Positions 1 through 10,070 of a stretch of 64,000 bases of DNA are shown here, piece by piece (within the stretch, counting starts at the first letter, position 1; the number at the start of each line of letters is the position of its first letter). Source of the stretch: an uncultured Candidatus Saccharibacteria bacterium. GTDB taxonomy: Bacteria > Patescibacteriota > Minisyncoccia > Phycocordibacterales > JAKAEA01. Where the stretch lies: assembly GCA_964577595.1 (NCBI GenBank), contig CAZNZK010000005.1, positions 10,885 through 74,884 of the forward strand, written 5' to 3'. The notes beneath the pieces are model-generated. The model was not told the DNA's origin. It saw nothing but the letters and a program-made list of their open reading frames with translations, and did not search any database. Both the position numbers and the translations under genes were made by a program.

Positions 1-47
1 TGCCCAGCACCACTTTCGGCGCCCCTGGTCTGGCCTACGAATTTGAA

Positions 48-1079
48 ATGATCACGCTTAATTTGGACGGCAAACAAAAATCGCAGGAAAAAATCGGCAA
101 TGTCCTCACGCATCGCATTGGCCGCAGGGGATACTTGTACAAATTACTTTATCCGTTTGCGGCACTCTACCTAGCGCGCCGGCTCCACAAGAAAAACCCG
201 TTCAATGCCACCTGGAGCGTCATGGCCAGCTTCTCCGGCTTCGCCGCGCTATTTTTTAAGTTCTTCTATCCAAAAATTCCCTTCATTCTAACGCTTCAGG
301 AGGGCGATCCTTTAAGCCGCCCGCAGCGTCGTTCCTTTCTAGTGCGTCCACTTTTTGTGCGTATCTTTCGCTATGCCGACCGCATTCAGGCCATCTCCAC
401 CTATCTCGGCAATTTTGCCGAAAAAATGGGCGCAAAAAACAAACCCGTCATCATCCCCAATGGCGTTGATGTGCCACTTTTTAGCGCGCCTGTCGCTGAA
501 ATAGAAAAGCAAAAAATTCGCCAACGGCTTCCAAACGTAAGCACGCGCCTCATCACCGTTTCCCGCTTAGTAGAAAAGAATGGGGTGGGGGACATCGTCG
601 CCGCGCTCAAGCTGTTGCCGGAATCAATCGGCCTTTTTATCGTCGGCGCGGGTGGACTTGAGAAGAAATTAAAAGCTCAAGCCACTAACCTCGGCCTCAC
701 CCAAAGAATTTTTTTCGCCGGCCACGTTGCATATAAAGAATTACCGAAATGGCTGACAGCGAGCGACATTTTCATTCGCCCCTCGCTCTCCGAGGGCATG
801 GGCAACAGTTTCATTGAAGCTATGGCCGCCGGTGTTCCCATTATTGGCACAGCAGTAGGCGGCATTCCCGATTTTCTGCGCGACAAAGAAACCGGCCTTT
901 TCTGTCAATCCAAAAATCCCCAAAGTATTGCCGAGGCGGTCACAACCCTCCTTGCTGATTCCTCGCTAAAAAATCGCCTCATCGAAAACGGTACAAAACT
1001 CGCGGGGGACTATGATTGGGGCGCTATTGCCGAGCGGATGGACATAGAAGTTTTTAGTCATGATCAAAGTATTCTATAA
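48..1079 (+). CDS. Glycosyltransferase family 4 (GT-B), probably 5'-truncated by window edge
   Basis: C-terminal GT1/GT4 signature (EAMAAGVPIIGTAVGGIPDFLRDKETGLF). The N-domain is too short for a full GT4, and the frame is open back to nt 3 with no stop, so the gene probably starts upstream of the window. Confidence 0.7.
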   Translation: MITLNLDGKQKSQEKIGNVLTHRIGRRGYLYKLLYPFAALYLARRLHKKNPFNATWSVMASFSGFAALFFKFFYPKIPFILTLQEGDPLSRPQRRSFLVRPLFVRIFRYADRIQAISTYLGNFAEKMGAKNKPVIIPNGVDVPLFSAPVAEIEKQKIRQRLPNVSTRLITVSRLVEKNGVGDIVAALKLLPESIGLFIVGAGGLEKKLKAQATNLGLTQRIFFAGHVAYKELPKWLTASDIFIRPSLSEGMGNSFIEAMAAGVPIIGTAVGGIPDFLRDKETGLFCQSKNPQSIAEAVTTLLADSSLKNRLIENGTKLAGDYDWGAIAERMDIEVFSHDQSIL

Positions 1080-2106
1080 ATTCACAATCCTACTGGTGGT
1101 GCTTTGTACACTTTTTTTGTTTGTAAGTGTTAATAAAATCAAAGCCGCCACAACGCCGCACCAATTTGAGCGGCTTTTCTATATGTCAAAATTGCATTTG
1201 GCTGACGGCTTGCAAAGCTTGCAGAAAAACGCGGCCTCTATAGATGTGGTTGCTCCGCAATTGTATACGGTTGACCCGAATTTAATTGCCACCGGCTCGG
1301 TGCCTCTGGCCATCCAAACTATCGCGCAGGCAAATGGCATAAAAATTATGCCACTTATTGCCAATGGGGGATTTAGCCGAAGTACTATTCATAATCTTCT
1401 CATTTCAAATGCGGCCCAAAATGCTGTCATCGCGTTTTTGATTGGGGAGGCTGAGGCGCATCGGTATGTGGGCTGGCAATTTGATTTTGAGGCCATACCG
1501 GCTGCTGATCGTGACGCGTACAGCGCTTTTGTTGAAAAAACGGCGGCGGCTTTGCATGCCCGGAATTTGCAATTTTCCGTGGCGGTGGTGGCAAGGGCCA
1601 GCGACGATGCTACCACGAGTTTTTATCAAAATTGGAGCGGTGCTTTTGATTACGCGCGTATCGCCAACGCTGCGGATTTTATTAGCTTGATGACCTATGA
1701 TGATCCTGCTTCAAGCGGGCCGACCGCTTCAGTGCCCTATGTGCAAAGCGTGCTCACGTACGCGCTGACGAAAATACCGCCCAGCAAAATTTCCCTCGGC
1801 GTGCCGCTTTATTATTGGGGTTGGAATGCGACGACGCAAAAAAGGGTGCGCGCCGACGGCGCCTATTCGCGGTTGCAACAAGTGCGGGCAAGGTATGGGG
1901 TGATTGAGGGTTTTAACCCTGTCTATCAGGTGCCCTACCTCATTTACTCCTTGGGGAAATATATCTACACCATTTGGCACGAAGACGCGCAAAGCATGCA
2001 GGCGAAATTGAATCTTATGAAAGCCGACAATCTGCGCGGCTTTTCCGCCTGGGTTTTAGGGGTGGAGGACCCGAGTGTGTGGAATGCTATTAACGCGTCC
2101 AATTAA
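1060..2106 (+). CDS. GH18-like glycoside hydrolase with N-terminal signal anchor
   Basis: GWQFDFE (DxE catalytic-type motif), SLMTYDD and YYWGW motifs typical of family 18 hydrolases; hydrophobic N-terminus. ATG at 1060 overlaps the upstream stop by 20 nt. Confidence 0.55.
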   Translation: MIKVFYKFTILLVVLCTLFLFVSVNKIKAATTPHQFERLFYMSKLHLADGLQSLQKNAASIDVVAPQLYTVDPNLIATGSVPLAIQTIAQANGIKIMPLIANGGFSRSTIHNLLISNAAQNAVIAFLIGEAEAHRYVGWQFDFEAIPAADRDAYSAFVEKTAAALHARNLQFSVAVVARASDDATTSFYQNWSGAFDYARIANAADFISLMTYDDPASSGPTASVPYVQSVLTYALTKIPPSKISLGVPLYYWGWNATTQKRVRADGAYSRLQQVRARYGVIEGFNPVYQVPYLIYSLGKYIYTIWHEDAQSMQAKLNLMKADNLRGFSAWVLGVEDPSVWNAINASN

Positions 2107-2123
2107 CTGTATACTAACACCAC

Positions 2124-2996
2124 GTGATTAAAAGAATAAGCAAAATCGTGGGTTTTTTTGAAAATGCGCGCATCTTGATTGGAACGAATTTTAACCTGCC
2201 GCATCAGGCATCTAGTAAATTGCGGCTATTATGGTGCTACCTACAACTGCATCTTAAAATGAACCTATTGGCACCGCGGAAGCATGTATCTGAAAAAATC
2301 CTTGATTTTACGGTTGAGGCGTTTAATCGTCCATCTATCACTCTGCTTTTTGATGAAATTTTTATTTGCAATGAATACCACACGCCCGAGCTTGGGACTT
2401 CCCAACCGGTTATTATTGATGCCGGAGCAAATATTGGCTTGGCCACGCTCTATTTCAAATGGCGGTTTCCTCACAGTACGGTATATGCTTTTGAGGCCGA
2501 TCCGCATACTTTTACGGCTCTAGAGAAAAATATTTCCAATAACAAGCTCTCAAACGCCTTTGCTTTTAATTGCGCTCTTTCTAACGAGGACAAGGATGTT
2601 TCGTTGTATGTGGAAAAGGGTGAGGCGGGCTCGGGTAGAACAAGTATTTTAGAGGGACGCAACGTTCATGGAAACGTGCTCCATGTTCCCGGCAAGCGAC
2701 TCTCTTCATTTCTTGAGGAGCAAAAAATTACGAGTGTTGATGTAATCAAGATGGATGTGGAGGGGGCAGAATGGTTGGTTGTTGCGGATTTGGTAGCGCA
2801 CAACGTCTTGCCGAAAATTAAGCGGTTCATTATTGAATACCACCACCGCACTGGCGCCGAAAAATCCAAGCTCGCGGATTTTTTGAACATTTTTGAAAAA
2901 AATGGTTTTGAATACAATATTAACGCGCGATTTACGCCTTCTAGTGGCGAAGGATCTGTGCAGGATATTCTCATTTATTTGTACCGGCCTTCCTAG
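2124..2996 (+). CDS. FkbM-family SAM-dependent methyltransferase
   Basis: VIIDAGANIGLATLYF motif characteristic of the FkbM domain. Start is ambiguous: GTG at 2124 or ATG at 2259. Confidence 0.65.
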   Translation: MIKRISKIVGFFENARILIGTNFNLPHQASSKLRLLWCYLQLHLKMNLLAPRKHVSEKILDFTVEAFNRPSITLLFDEIFICNEYHTPELGTSQPVIIDAGANIGLATLYFKWRFPHSTVYAFEADPHTFTALEKNISNNKLSNAFAFNCALSNEDKDVSLYVEKGEAGSGRTSILEGRNVHGNVLHVPGKRLSSFLEEQKITSVDVIKMDVEGAEWLVVADLVAHNVLPKIKRFIIEYHHRTGAEKSKLADFLNIFEKNGFEYNINARFTPSSGEGSVQDILIYLYRPS

Positions 2997-3038
2997 TTTA
3001 GTTTTGATAAAAAGGCTAAAAAACGCTATAGTAGCGAG

Positions 3039-4145
3039 GTGAAAATCCTCATTGCCACGGGCATATATCCGCCCACGGTAGGCGGGCCGGCCACCTATTC
3101 AAAACTGCTTTTTGACCGTTTTGCCGAGCGGGCAGCGCTGGCTGGCCTCACGGCGAGCGTTGAGGTGTACTCTTTTGACAGTGTGCGGCACTTACCAAAA
3201 GTGGTGCGGCATGCGCGCTATTTTTTCGGTTGTTTGCGGCGATTGCGCGGTGCGGATTTAGTTTTTGCCCAAGACCCGGTGAGCGTCGGCTTACCGGCCT
3301 GGCTGGCGGCTTTCGTGCTTGGCAAGCAGTTTATTATTCGTATGCCGGGCGACTATGCTTGGGAGCAGGCGGTTCAACGTTTTGGCGTTGCAGATACTAT
3401 TGATGATTTTCAGCAGAAAAAATATGGCTGGCGGGTGGAGCTTTTGCGCGCAGTAGAGCATTTTGTGGTGCGGCACGCGGCTTTGGTGATTGCGCCGAGC
3501 CGCTATTTTCGTGATTTGGTGCGTGGCTGGGTGCCTGTGTCGCGGCGCGAAAAAGTCATCACGATTTATAATGGTATTAATTTGAAGGATATTTCCAGGT
3601 CTTCAGAAACATACGAGCCAAAAACACTCATTTCGGCGGGGCGGTTGGTGCCCTGGAAAGGTTTTACCGAGCTCGTTGGTGCTCTGACGCTTTTGCCCGA
3701 GTGGCGGTTTGTTATTGCTGGTGATGGGCCGGAGAGGCTTCACCTAGAAACTGTGGCGAAAAAAGCCGGCGTGGCAGAGCGGGTGACTTTTTTGGGCAAT
3801 GTGCCACGCTCGCAGTTATTGGAAAAAATCAAGCGCAGCGAGATTTTCGTGCTCAACACTTCTTTTGAAAGTTTTTCTTTCCAGGTAGTTGAGGCGATGG
3901 CCTGCGGCACGCCGGTTATAACCACACGCATCGGCAATTTGGCGGAAATTATTGACGACGGCAAAGAGGGAATACTAGTCGCGCCTAATGACATGAACGC
4001 TTTTGCGCAGGCTATTAAACGTTTAGCCGAGCCGGAATGTAGGCAGAAAATTGTGGCGGCCGCCCGAAAAAAGGCGGAAACCTTTTCCATTGAGCGAACG
4101 CTGGACGCACTCGTAGAGCAATTAAAACCCTTCGTTAAAAAATAA
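3039..4145 (+). CDS. Glycosyltransferase family 4
   Basis: EAMACGTPVITTRIGNLAEIIDDGKEGILV GT4 C-domain motif; GTG start preceded by GAGG. Confidence 0.75.
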   Translation: MKILIATGIYPPTVGGPATYSKLLFDRFAERAALAGLTASVEVYSFDSVRHLPKVVRHARYFFGCLRRLRGADLVFAQDPVSVGLPAWLAAFVLGKQFIIRMPGDYAWEQAVQRFGVADTIDDFQQKKYGWRVELLRAVEHFVVRHAALVIAPSRYFRDLVRGWVPVSRREKVITIYNGINLKDISRSSETYEPKTLISAGRLVPWKGFTELVGALTLLPEWRFVIAGDGPERLHLETVAKKAGVAERVTFLGNVPRSQLLEKIKRSEIFVLNTSFESFSFQVVEAMACGTPVITTRIGNLAEIIDDGKEGILVAPNDMNAFAQAIKRLAEPECRQKIVAAARKKAETFSIERTLDALVEQLKPFVKK

Positions 4146-4149
4146 ATAA

Positions 4150-5298
4150 ATGAACCTCATTTCCATCAGCACCGACAGAAAGATTTTTGATGCCGAGAGC
4201 GCCGTGACACGGCGCATGCTTGAATATGGCACGCTGGTGGAGCAAGTGCACGTCGTTGTTTTTAACCGAGCGATAGAGAGGCAGAGGCCGGCCCGGCTCG
4301 GCAAAAATGTGTGGGTGTACCCGACAAATTCACACTCGCCTTTTTTCTATATACACGACGCCAAGCGTATAGGCACGGAAATTATAAAAAGTAATCATTT
4401 TTCGGTGGCCAATACTATCGTTTCAACTCAAGACCCATTTGAAACCGGCTTGGTGGGCAGGTTTTTGAAAAAGCGTTTTGGCCTGAAATTACAGGTGCAA
4501 ATTCATACCGATTTTTTGAGTCCGTATTTCGCTGGTTATTCTTCTCGGCATTCATTTTTAAACCGCGTGCGGCTTTGGATTGCTAGCCGTGTGTTGCCGC
4601 ACGCCGACCAAATTCGCGCCGTTTCCGAACGCATTAAAAAATCCTTGCCTGAAAAATATCAGCAAAAAACTATCGTTCTGCCGATATATACCGATGTGCA
4701 CCATTTTGATGTGCCGCCGGCATTTGACCTGCGCGCAAAATATCCGCAGTTTTCGGCGATTGTGTTGATGATGTCGCGCCTGGCACCAGAAAAAAATATG
4801 AAATTTTCCTTAAGAATTTTTAAAGAAATTCTGAAGAAATTCCCGGTAGCTGGCTTGGTTATTGTCGGTGATGGGCCGGAACGCTCGGGTTTGCTGAAAA
4901 TGGCCGCTGAACTGGGGATTACAAAATCGGTTATTTTTGAACCCTGGGCGGCCGACGTTGTACCGTACTATAAAACCGCCGATATTTTTCTTTCCACCTC
5001 ACTCTATGAGGGTTATGGCCTGTCGCTCGTGGAAGCTGGCCTGGCTGGGGCGGTGGTGGTAACATCAGATGTCGGCATTGCGGGGGAATTACTTTTGGAT
5101 AAGGAAGAGGCTCGAATTTGCCCGGTAGGGGATTCCGCTTGTTTTGTCGCCGCCCTGGAGGAATTGCTCGATTCTCCGGCAACCCGAAAAACGCTCGGTG
5201 CGGAAGCACACAACGTTCTGCTCGCCAGGATCATATCCAAAGAACAGTACCTGCAGGATTATAAAAAACTTCTTGAAGCCACTCTCAATGAAAAATAA
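4150..5298 (+). CDS. Glycosyltransferase family 4/1
   Basis: EGYGLSLVEAGLAGAVVVTSDVGIAGELL motif; ATG at 4150 lies 2 nt after the upstream stop. Confidence 0.75.
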   Translation: MNLISISTDRKIFDAESAVTRRMLEYGTLVEQVHVVVFNRAIERQRPARLGKNVWVYPTNSHSPFFYIHDAKRIGTEIIKSNHFSVANTIVSTQDPFETGLVGRFLKKRFGLKLQVQIHTDFLSPYFAGYSSRHSFLNRVRLWIASRVLPHADQIRAVSERIKKSLPEKYQQKTIVLPIYTDVHHFDVPPAFDLRAKYPQFSAIVLMMSRLAPEKNMKFSLRIFKEILKKFPVAGLVIVGDGPERSGLLKMAAELGITKSVIFEPWAADVVPYYKTADIFLSTSLYEGYGLSLVEAGLAGAVVVTSDVGIAGELLLDKEEARICPVGDSACFVAALEELLDSPATRKTLGAEAHNVLLARIISKEQYLQDYKKLLEATLNEK

Positions 5299-6139
5299 AA
5301 AAGACATAAAAATCGGTTTTATTGGCCAGGGTTGGATAGGCCAGCACTATGCCGATGATTTTGAAAATCGCGGCTACACGGTGGTGCGCTATGCTAAGGA
5401 GCCGCCGCACCACACAAATGCCACCGTCATTGGCCAGTGCGACATCGTGTTTATTGCCGTGCCGACGCCAACCACGCCTGCCGGCTGGGATGACAGTATT
5501 ATTCGCAGTGTTCTGCCGCTGGTGGGGAAGGGTAAAATCGCCGTCATAAAATCAACCCTTTTGCCCGGCACCACGGTAGCTCTGCAGAAAAAGTTCCCAG
5601 GCATTTTCGTCATTCATTCGCCGGAATTTTTGAGCACGCCCACGGCCGCTTTTGACGCGGCGCATCCGGCGCGCAATATCGTTGGCATTCCGCTCACCAC
5701 GCCCACGTATAAAAAGAAGGCCAAGCTCGTGCTCTCGGTGCTTTCACCCGCGCCGTACGCGCTCATCTGCCACTCCACTGAAGCGGAAATTATAAAATAT
5801 GGCCGAAATATTTTAGGCTATATGCGCGTGGTAGCCACGAATATTTTTTATGATCTAACCAAAAGCCTGAAAGCCGATTGGCGCCCGGTGGCTGAAGCCA
5901 TGAGCGCCGACGAATTCAACGGCCCGCGCTACATGAAAGTGGAGGACCAAAAGGGCCGTGGTGCTGGCGGCGTGTGCTTTATTAAGGATTTTGTCGCCTT
6001 CAAACGGCTCTATGAAAAGATCGGCAAGGACCCGATGGGCGTGGCAATGCTTTCGGCCATTGAAGCGAAAAATGTAGAGCTTCTGCGGGCCACTAAAAAA
6101 GACGCGGAATTGGTTCGCGGCGTGTATACTAAACACTAA
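5288..6139 (+). CDS. UDP-glucose/GDP-mannose dehydrogenase family core, lacking the C-terminal UDP-binding domain
   Basis: GFIGQGWIG Rossmann motif, IVFIAVPTP, KSTLLPGTT, HSPEFL...HPARNIVGI and catalytic-Cys motif GGVCFIKD all align with Ugd-type dehydrogenases. The protein ends at ~283 aa, directly after the central domain. ATG at 5288 overlaps the upstream stop. Confidence 0.6.
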   Translation: MKNKKDIKIGFIGQGWIGQHYADDFENRGYTVVRYAKEPPHHTNATVIGQCDIVFIAVPTPTTPAGWDDSIIRSVLPLVGKGKIAVIKSTLLPGTTVALQKKFPGIFVIHSPEFLSTPTAAFDAAHPARNIVGIPLTTPTYKKKAKLVLSVLSPAPYALICHSTEAEIIKYGRNILGYMRVVATNIFYDLTKSLKADWRPVAEAMSADEFNGPRYMKVEDQKGRGAGGVCFIKDFVAFKRLYEKIGKDPMGVAMLSAIEAKNVELLRATKKDAELVRGVYTKH

Positions 6140-6148
6140 TAAACTCCC

Positions 6149-7267
6149 GTGCCTCCCACAATCGTCCGCCCCAAAATGCTTGAAAAAAAGGAATTGCCCT
6201 GGATTGGCATTATTGTCGCGATTGGCCTGGCGGTTTTCCTCTGGCGCATTCACCTAGGCGCGCTTGATTATATCGGCGATTATAAAACCTACATTGCCAC
6301 CGGCCAATTTTACGCCGGCGTGCTGGGTGTGGCCCCGAGCATGCAGAGGGTTTTGAAGCCGCTTGAGCCCTTGGCCAATGCCGCTCTGGCACCGTTTTTC
6401 GGCTGGCGCGGCGGCTTTCTTATCGTGGTGGCGCTTTTCTACGTGCTTCTCACGGCCGCCACCTGGGTTTTCTTTCGGAAGGTTTTTAAAAAAATTACCT
6501 GGAGTGCCGACCCGCTTACTAATGAAGCCGTACTCCTGCCATTAACCGCGTGTGCCACCGCGCTTTTTGCTTTGAGTTACCCCATGCTTCGCTATGGCCT
6601 GGACGCCTACACTGAAACCGGCGCACTCTTCTTTTTCATGGCTGGCATGATAGAACTGTGGTGGTTTATCCGTTGGCCCAACTGGCGCCCGCTTGTGGCC
6701 ACGCTCGTCGCCTGCACTATCGGCTTTTTGTGGAAGGAATACGCAATTTTGCCGGTAATTATGATGCAAATTGCCATTTTATGGCACCCGCTTTTGAAAG
6801 GCCAGTGGAAAAAGAAAATCACCTACTTGGGCGTTTTTGACGGCATATTTTTTGCCGTAAACGTGGCCTGGCAGGCATTTGTCTATTTTCATTTTCACTA
6901 TAATTACCTGCAGTGGTATACCACCGGCGGGGCGAATAACTTCGCCGGCGGTTGGAGCATTTATATTGTTTTGAAAAGCCTTTTTGCGCTTCTCATTGCC
7001 GGTTGGCTTTTTGTGCCGTTTGGCTGGGCCGAATTGGGCCGGATGGCAAAAAATCTCCTGTTCTTTTTCTGGCTGGCGCTCTTTGTGCCGTTTATAGTGC
7101 TCGGCTGGGGTGCCGTTTCTTCGCGGCTCTTTTATGTGCTCATGCCCGCCTTCGTAACCCTCGCCGTTCTCGGCATGTGGCGCTGGCGTAAAAACCCTAA
7201 AGATATTGTCGCCATAACGATCGTTTTACTCGCCCTTGATTTTGCCTGGCTTTTTCTCCACCCATGA
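6149..7267 (+). CDS. Polytopic integral membrane protein, putative GT-C type glycosyltransferase/polymerase
   Basis: About 10 predicted TM segments and an aromatic-rich sequence; GTG at 6149 or ATG at 6176. No diagnostic motif recognised. Confidence 0.4.
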   Translation: MPPTIVRPKMLEKKELPWIGIIVAIGLAVFLWRIHLGALDYIGDYKTYIATGQFYAGVLGVAPSMQRVLKPLEPLANAALAPFFGWRGGFLIVVALFYVLLTAATWVFFRKVFKKITWSADPLTNEAVLLPLTACATALFALSYPMLRYGLDAYTETGALFFFMAGMIELWWFIRWPNWRPLVATLVACTIGFLWKEYAILPVIMMQIAILWHPLLKGQWKKKITYLGVFDGIFFAVNVAWQAFVYFHFHYNYLQWYTTGGANNFAGGWSIYIVLKSLFALLIAGWLFVPFGWAELGRMAKNLLFFFWLALFVPFIVLGWGAVSSRLFYVLMPAFVTLAVLGMWRWRKNPKDIVAITIVLLALDFAWLFLHP

Positions 7268-8280
7268 AGCTTCTCGTAATTACCCAGAAAATTGACGCTG
7301 ACGACGCGGGGCTCGGTTTTTTCTTCGGCTGGCTCAAGGCGCTGGCGGCTCAATGCGAGCAAGTGACGGCAATTTGCTTGGAACGCGGGGCGGGAAGCTT
7401 GCCCACCAATACCCGGGTTTTTTCGCTCGGCAAAGAAAGCCGGCCCAGCCGCTTTCTCTATGTGGTGAAATTTTACTGGTACATTGTGCGCGACTGGAAC
7501 AAGTACGACACCGTTTTTGTGCACATGAACGAGGAATATGTGTTGCTGGCCGGCTGGCTCTGGCGGCTTGGTGGCAAAAAGGTGACGCTCTGGCGCAACC
7601 ATGCTCGCGGCTCTTTCTTGACGCGCCTCGCGGTTTTTTTCTCCAATAAGGTTTTTTGCACATCCAAAAGCTCCTATACCGCCCGTTTTTCCAAAACCGT
7701 GCTCATGCCGGTGGGCGTGGATACTGACTTTTTCAAGCCTAACCCGGCCGTGGCAAAACCCGCCGGCTCGGTGCTTTTTCTCTCGCGCATTGCGCCAGTT
7801 AAAAAGCAGGACGTTTTTTTGCGGGCCATGGCAAAAATGCCCAGAGAACATTTTCAGGTGGATTTTTATGGCGATGCTCTGCCTAAAGACAAGCCCTATC
7901 ACGAGCTCTTGAGAGATATAGCGCGTGCGTTGAAATTGGAATCGGCAGTTTCTTTTTACTCTGGTGTGCCCAATACCCAAACGCCCACGCTCTACCATTC
8001 GCATCGGGTGTTTATCAACCTCACCCCGGCCGGCTCTTTTGATAAAACTATTGTGGAAGCGCTAGCCTGTGGCACTCTGGTGCTCACTACCAATACCGAC
8101 ATGCGCGACCAGTTGCCCGCCGCCTGCGTTGCCGACCAGGCAACTCTGCCCACCGCGCTTTCCGCGCTTTTGCATTTGTCGGAAACAGAATATGCCGAGC
8201 TCATTGGCTCATGCCAAAAATTCGTGGAGCACCATTCATTACGAAACTTAATCACGCGGTTACTAAAAGAGGTACAATAA
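7264..8280 (+). CDS. Glycosyltransferase family 4
   Basis: GT-B fold pattern with EALACGTLVLTT; ATG at 7264 overlaps the upstream stop by 4 nt. Confidence 0.7.
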   Translation: MKLLVITQKIDADDAGLGFFFGWLKALAAQCEQVTAICLERGAGSLPTNTRVFSLGKESRPSRFLYVVKFYWYIVRDWNKYDTVFVHMNEEYVLLAGWLWRLGGKKVTLWRNHARGSFLTRLAVFFSNKVFCTSKSSYTARFSKTVLMPVGVDTDFFKPNPAVAKPAGSVLFLSRIAPVKKQDVFLRAMAKMPREHFQVDFYGDALPKDKPYHELLRDIARALKLESAVSFYSGVPNTQTPTLYHSHRVFINLTPAGSFDKTIVEALACGTLVLTTNTDMRDQLPAACVADQATLPTALSALLHLSETEYAELIGSCQKFVEHHSLRNLITRLLKEVQ

Positions 8281-8285
8281 AACAT

Positions 8286-8696
8286 ATGTCCATTATTGCC
8301 CGATACATAGTTGCTGGAGTCGTTGGCGTGGCAGTAAACGTCGGCGTGCTCTACGGCCTCACGCGCTTTTTCGGCGTCTGGTATTTGGCCGCGTCTGTGG
8401 TCTCGTTTATTATTTCTTTGCTCGTTAGTTTTGCCCTGCAAAAAATGTGGACGTTTCAGGACAGGGGCATGGAGCTCGCCGGCCGGCAATTCCTCGTCTA
8501 CTTGGCCATTGCTCTTTTCAACCTCGGCCTCAATAGTCTCTGCATGTATTTCTTTACCAGTATTCTGGGAATATGGTATGTTATGTCACAACTGCTTTCT
8601 TCGGGCCTCATCGCCATTTCTAGTTTCTTTCTATATAGAGCATTTGTGTTTACTGCCGCCGCGCCCGTTCCAATGCCAACTAATCCACAATCATGA
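8286..8696 (+). CDS. GtrA-family membrane protein (glycan translocation/flippase accessory)
   Basis: MSIIARYIVAGVVGVAVNVGVLYGL...SLLVSFALQKMWTF is the typical GtrA signature; 4 TM. Confidence 0.75.
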   Translation: MSIIARYIVAGVVGVAVNVGVLYGLTRFFGVWYLAASVVSFIISLLVSFALQKMWTFQDRGMELAGRQFLVYLAIALFNLGLNSLCMYFFTSILGIWYVMSQLLSSGLIAISSFFLYRAFVFTAAAPVPMPTNPQS

Positions 8697-9310
8697 ACAA
8701 CACTCTCTGGTCACATAAAATATTTTCTCCGGGCGGTTTAACCACCAACGAAGTGCTTGGCGACGCCCTCGCTTTAGATGTGGGCTGTGGCCAGCGAAAA
8801 TTGCCTGGGGCTATCGGCCTTGATATTTTGCCCGGCTCCGAAGCCGACATCGTCCACAACCTCAACCGTTTTCCTTGGCCAGTGCCCTCGGCAAAATTTG
8901 ACCTGGTTTTAATGAGCCACGTTCTTGAGCATGTTGACGACGTGGTGGCGACGCTCAATGAAATCCACCGCATTTTGCGCCCTGGCGGCTCGCTCATAGT
9001 GCAGGTGCCGTATTTCCGCTCGGTTGACGCTTTTACCGACCCGACGCATAAACGTTTTTTCACCGCGCGCACGCTTGACTACGCCTGCCCGGCCACGAAG
9101 CTTGGCAACTTCAAATACACCGGAAAGCTCTATGAAAAAGCTGGTTTTTGGTATGATTGGCCCGGCCGGAAAATTTCTTTCATGGGCCATGTGCGCAAGC
9201 TTTTTCAGCGCTGGCCGTGGTTTTATGACCAGTATTTTTCTTTAGTGTTCCCAGCCCGGTGCTTAACATGGGAATTGCGCGTAGTCAACGATAATGAAGA
9301 GCGCTCTTAA
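8693..9310 (+). CDS. Class I SAM-dependent methyltransferase
   Basis: LDVGCGQRKL motif I and LVLMSHVLEHVDD motif; ATGA overlap with the upstream gene. Confidence 0.7.
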   Translation: MNNTLWSHKIFSPGGLTTNEVLGDALALDVGCGQRKLPGAIGLDILPGSEADIVHNLNRFPWPVPSAKFDLVLMSHVLEHVDDVVATLNEIHRILRPGGSLIVQVPYFRSVDAFTDPTHKRFFTARTLDYACPATKLGNFKYTGKLYEKAGFWYDWPGRKISFMGHVRKLFQRWPWFYDQYFSLVFPARCLTWELRVVNDNEERS

Positions 9311-10070
9311 AACGGTTGTCCTGTCGCTGTTTCGGGTTTTCAGGCCCAGCCTTTCGGCCGGGGCGATTTTAATGTATCACTCGGTGGGGGAAAATAACGC
9401 CTTTTTTTCGGTGCGGCCAGAGGAATTTGCCAGGCAAATGGCTTGGGTGGCTGAGCGGAAATTCAAGGTAGTTTTTCTTTCAGAATTGGTGGCCATGATT
9501 CGCCAGAAGAAAAATAGCGTTGCGGGCTATGTGGCTATCACTTTTGATGATGGCTATAAGGATTTTCTGCAAAATGCCGCGCCAGTTTTACGCCAGCATA
9601 ATTTTCCCGCTTCGGTTTTTTTAATTTCCGATATGCTCGGTGCTTCCTATACTACTTCTGATGGTATTTCTTTCCCGCTTATGAATGCGGCCGAAGCTCA
9701 AGAGGCGAAAGCGAGTGGCCGGGTAGAATATTTTCCTCACACCGCTAAGCACACTATTCTTGACCAAGTGTCGGCGCAAGAAGCTATACAAGAAATAGAA
9801 AAATCAAAAAACGATATCGCCGAAAAATTCGGCCGGTCCGCTAATATTCTTGCTTTTCCCAAAGGCCGGCACACGTCGGAAATTATTGAGTATTTGCGAC
9901 ATTCCAATTTCACGGCCGCCGTTACGGTGCAGGAAGGATTTGTCACTCCAGCGGGCGACCCATTTCTTCTGCCGCGCCTCTCGGTAGATTCCAGCACCAG
10001 CTTCGCGCAATTCAAAGCCAAGCTTTCCGACGGGTACGGTGCCTATCTTTCTTTGCGTAAGTATCTATGA
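9294..10070 (+). CDS. Polysaccharide deacetylase (CE4/NodB homology)
   Basis: ITFDDGYKDF motif and downstream His-containing motifs. Confidence 0.65.
   Translation: MKSALKTVVLSLFRVFRPSLSAGAILMYHSVGENNAFFSVRPEEFARQMAWVAERKFKVVFLSELVAMIRQKKNSVAGYVAITFDDGYKDFLQNAAPVLRQHNFPASVFLISDMLGASYTTSDGISFPLMNAAEAQEAKASGRVEYFPHTAKHTILDQVSAQEAIQEIEKSKNDIAEKFGRSANILAFPKGRHTSEIIEYLRHSNFTAAVTVQEGFVTPAGDPFLLPRLSVDSSTSFAQFKAKLSDGYGAYLSLRKYL

Noticed and set aside
7132-8004. 290-aa minus-strand ORF
   Set aside because: It lies entirely inside the well-supported plus-strand GT4 gene (7264-8280). It is basic and low-complexity with no motifs, so it is a typical antisense shadow ORF in GC-rich coding DNA.
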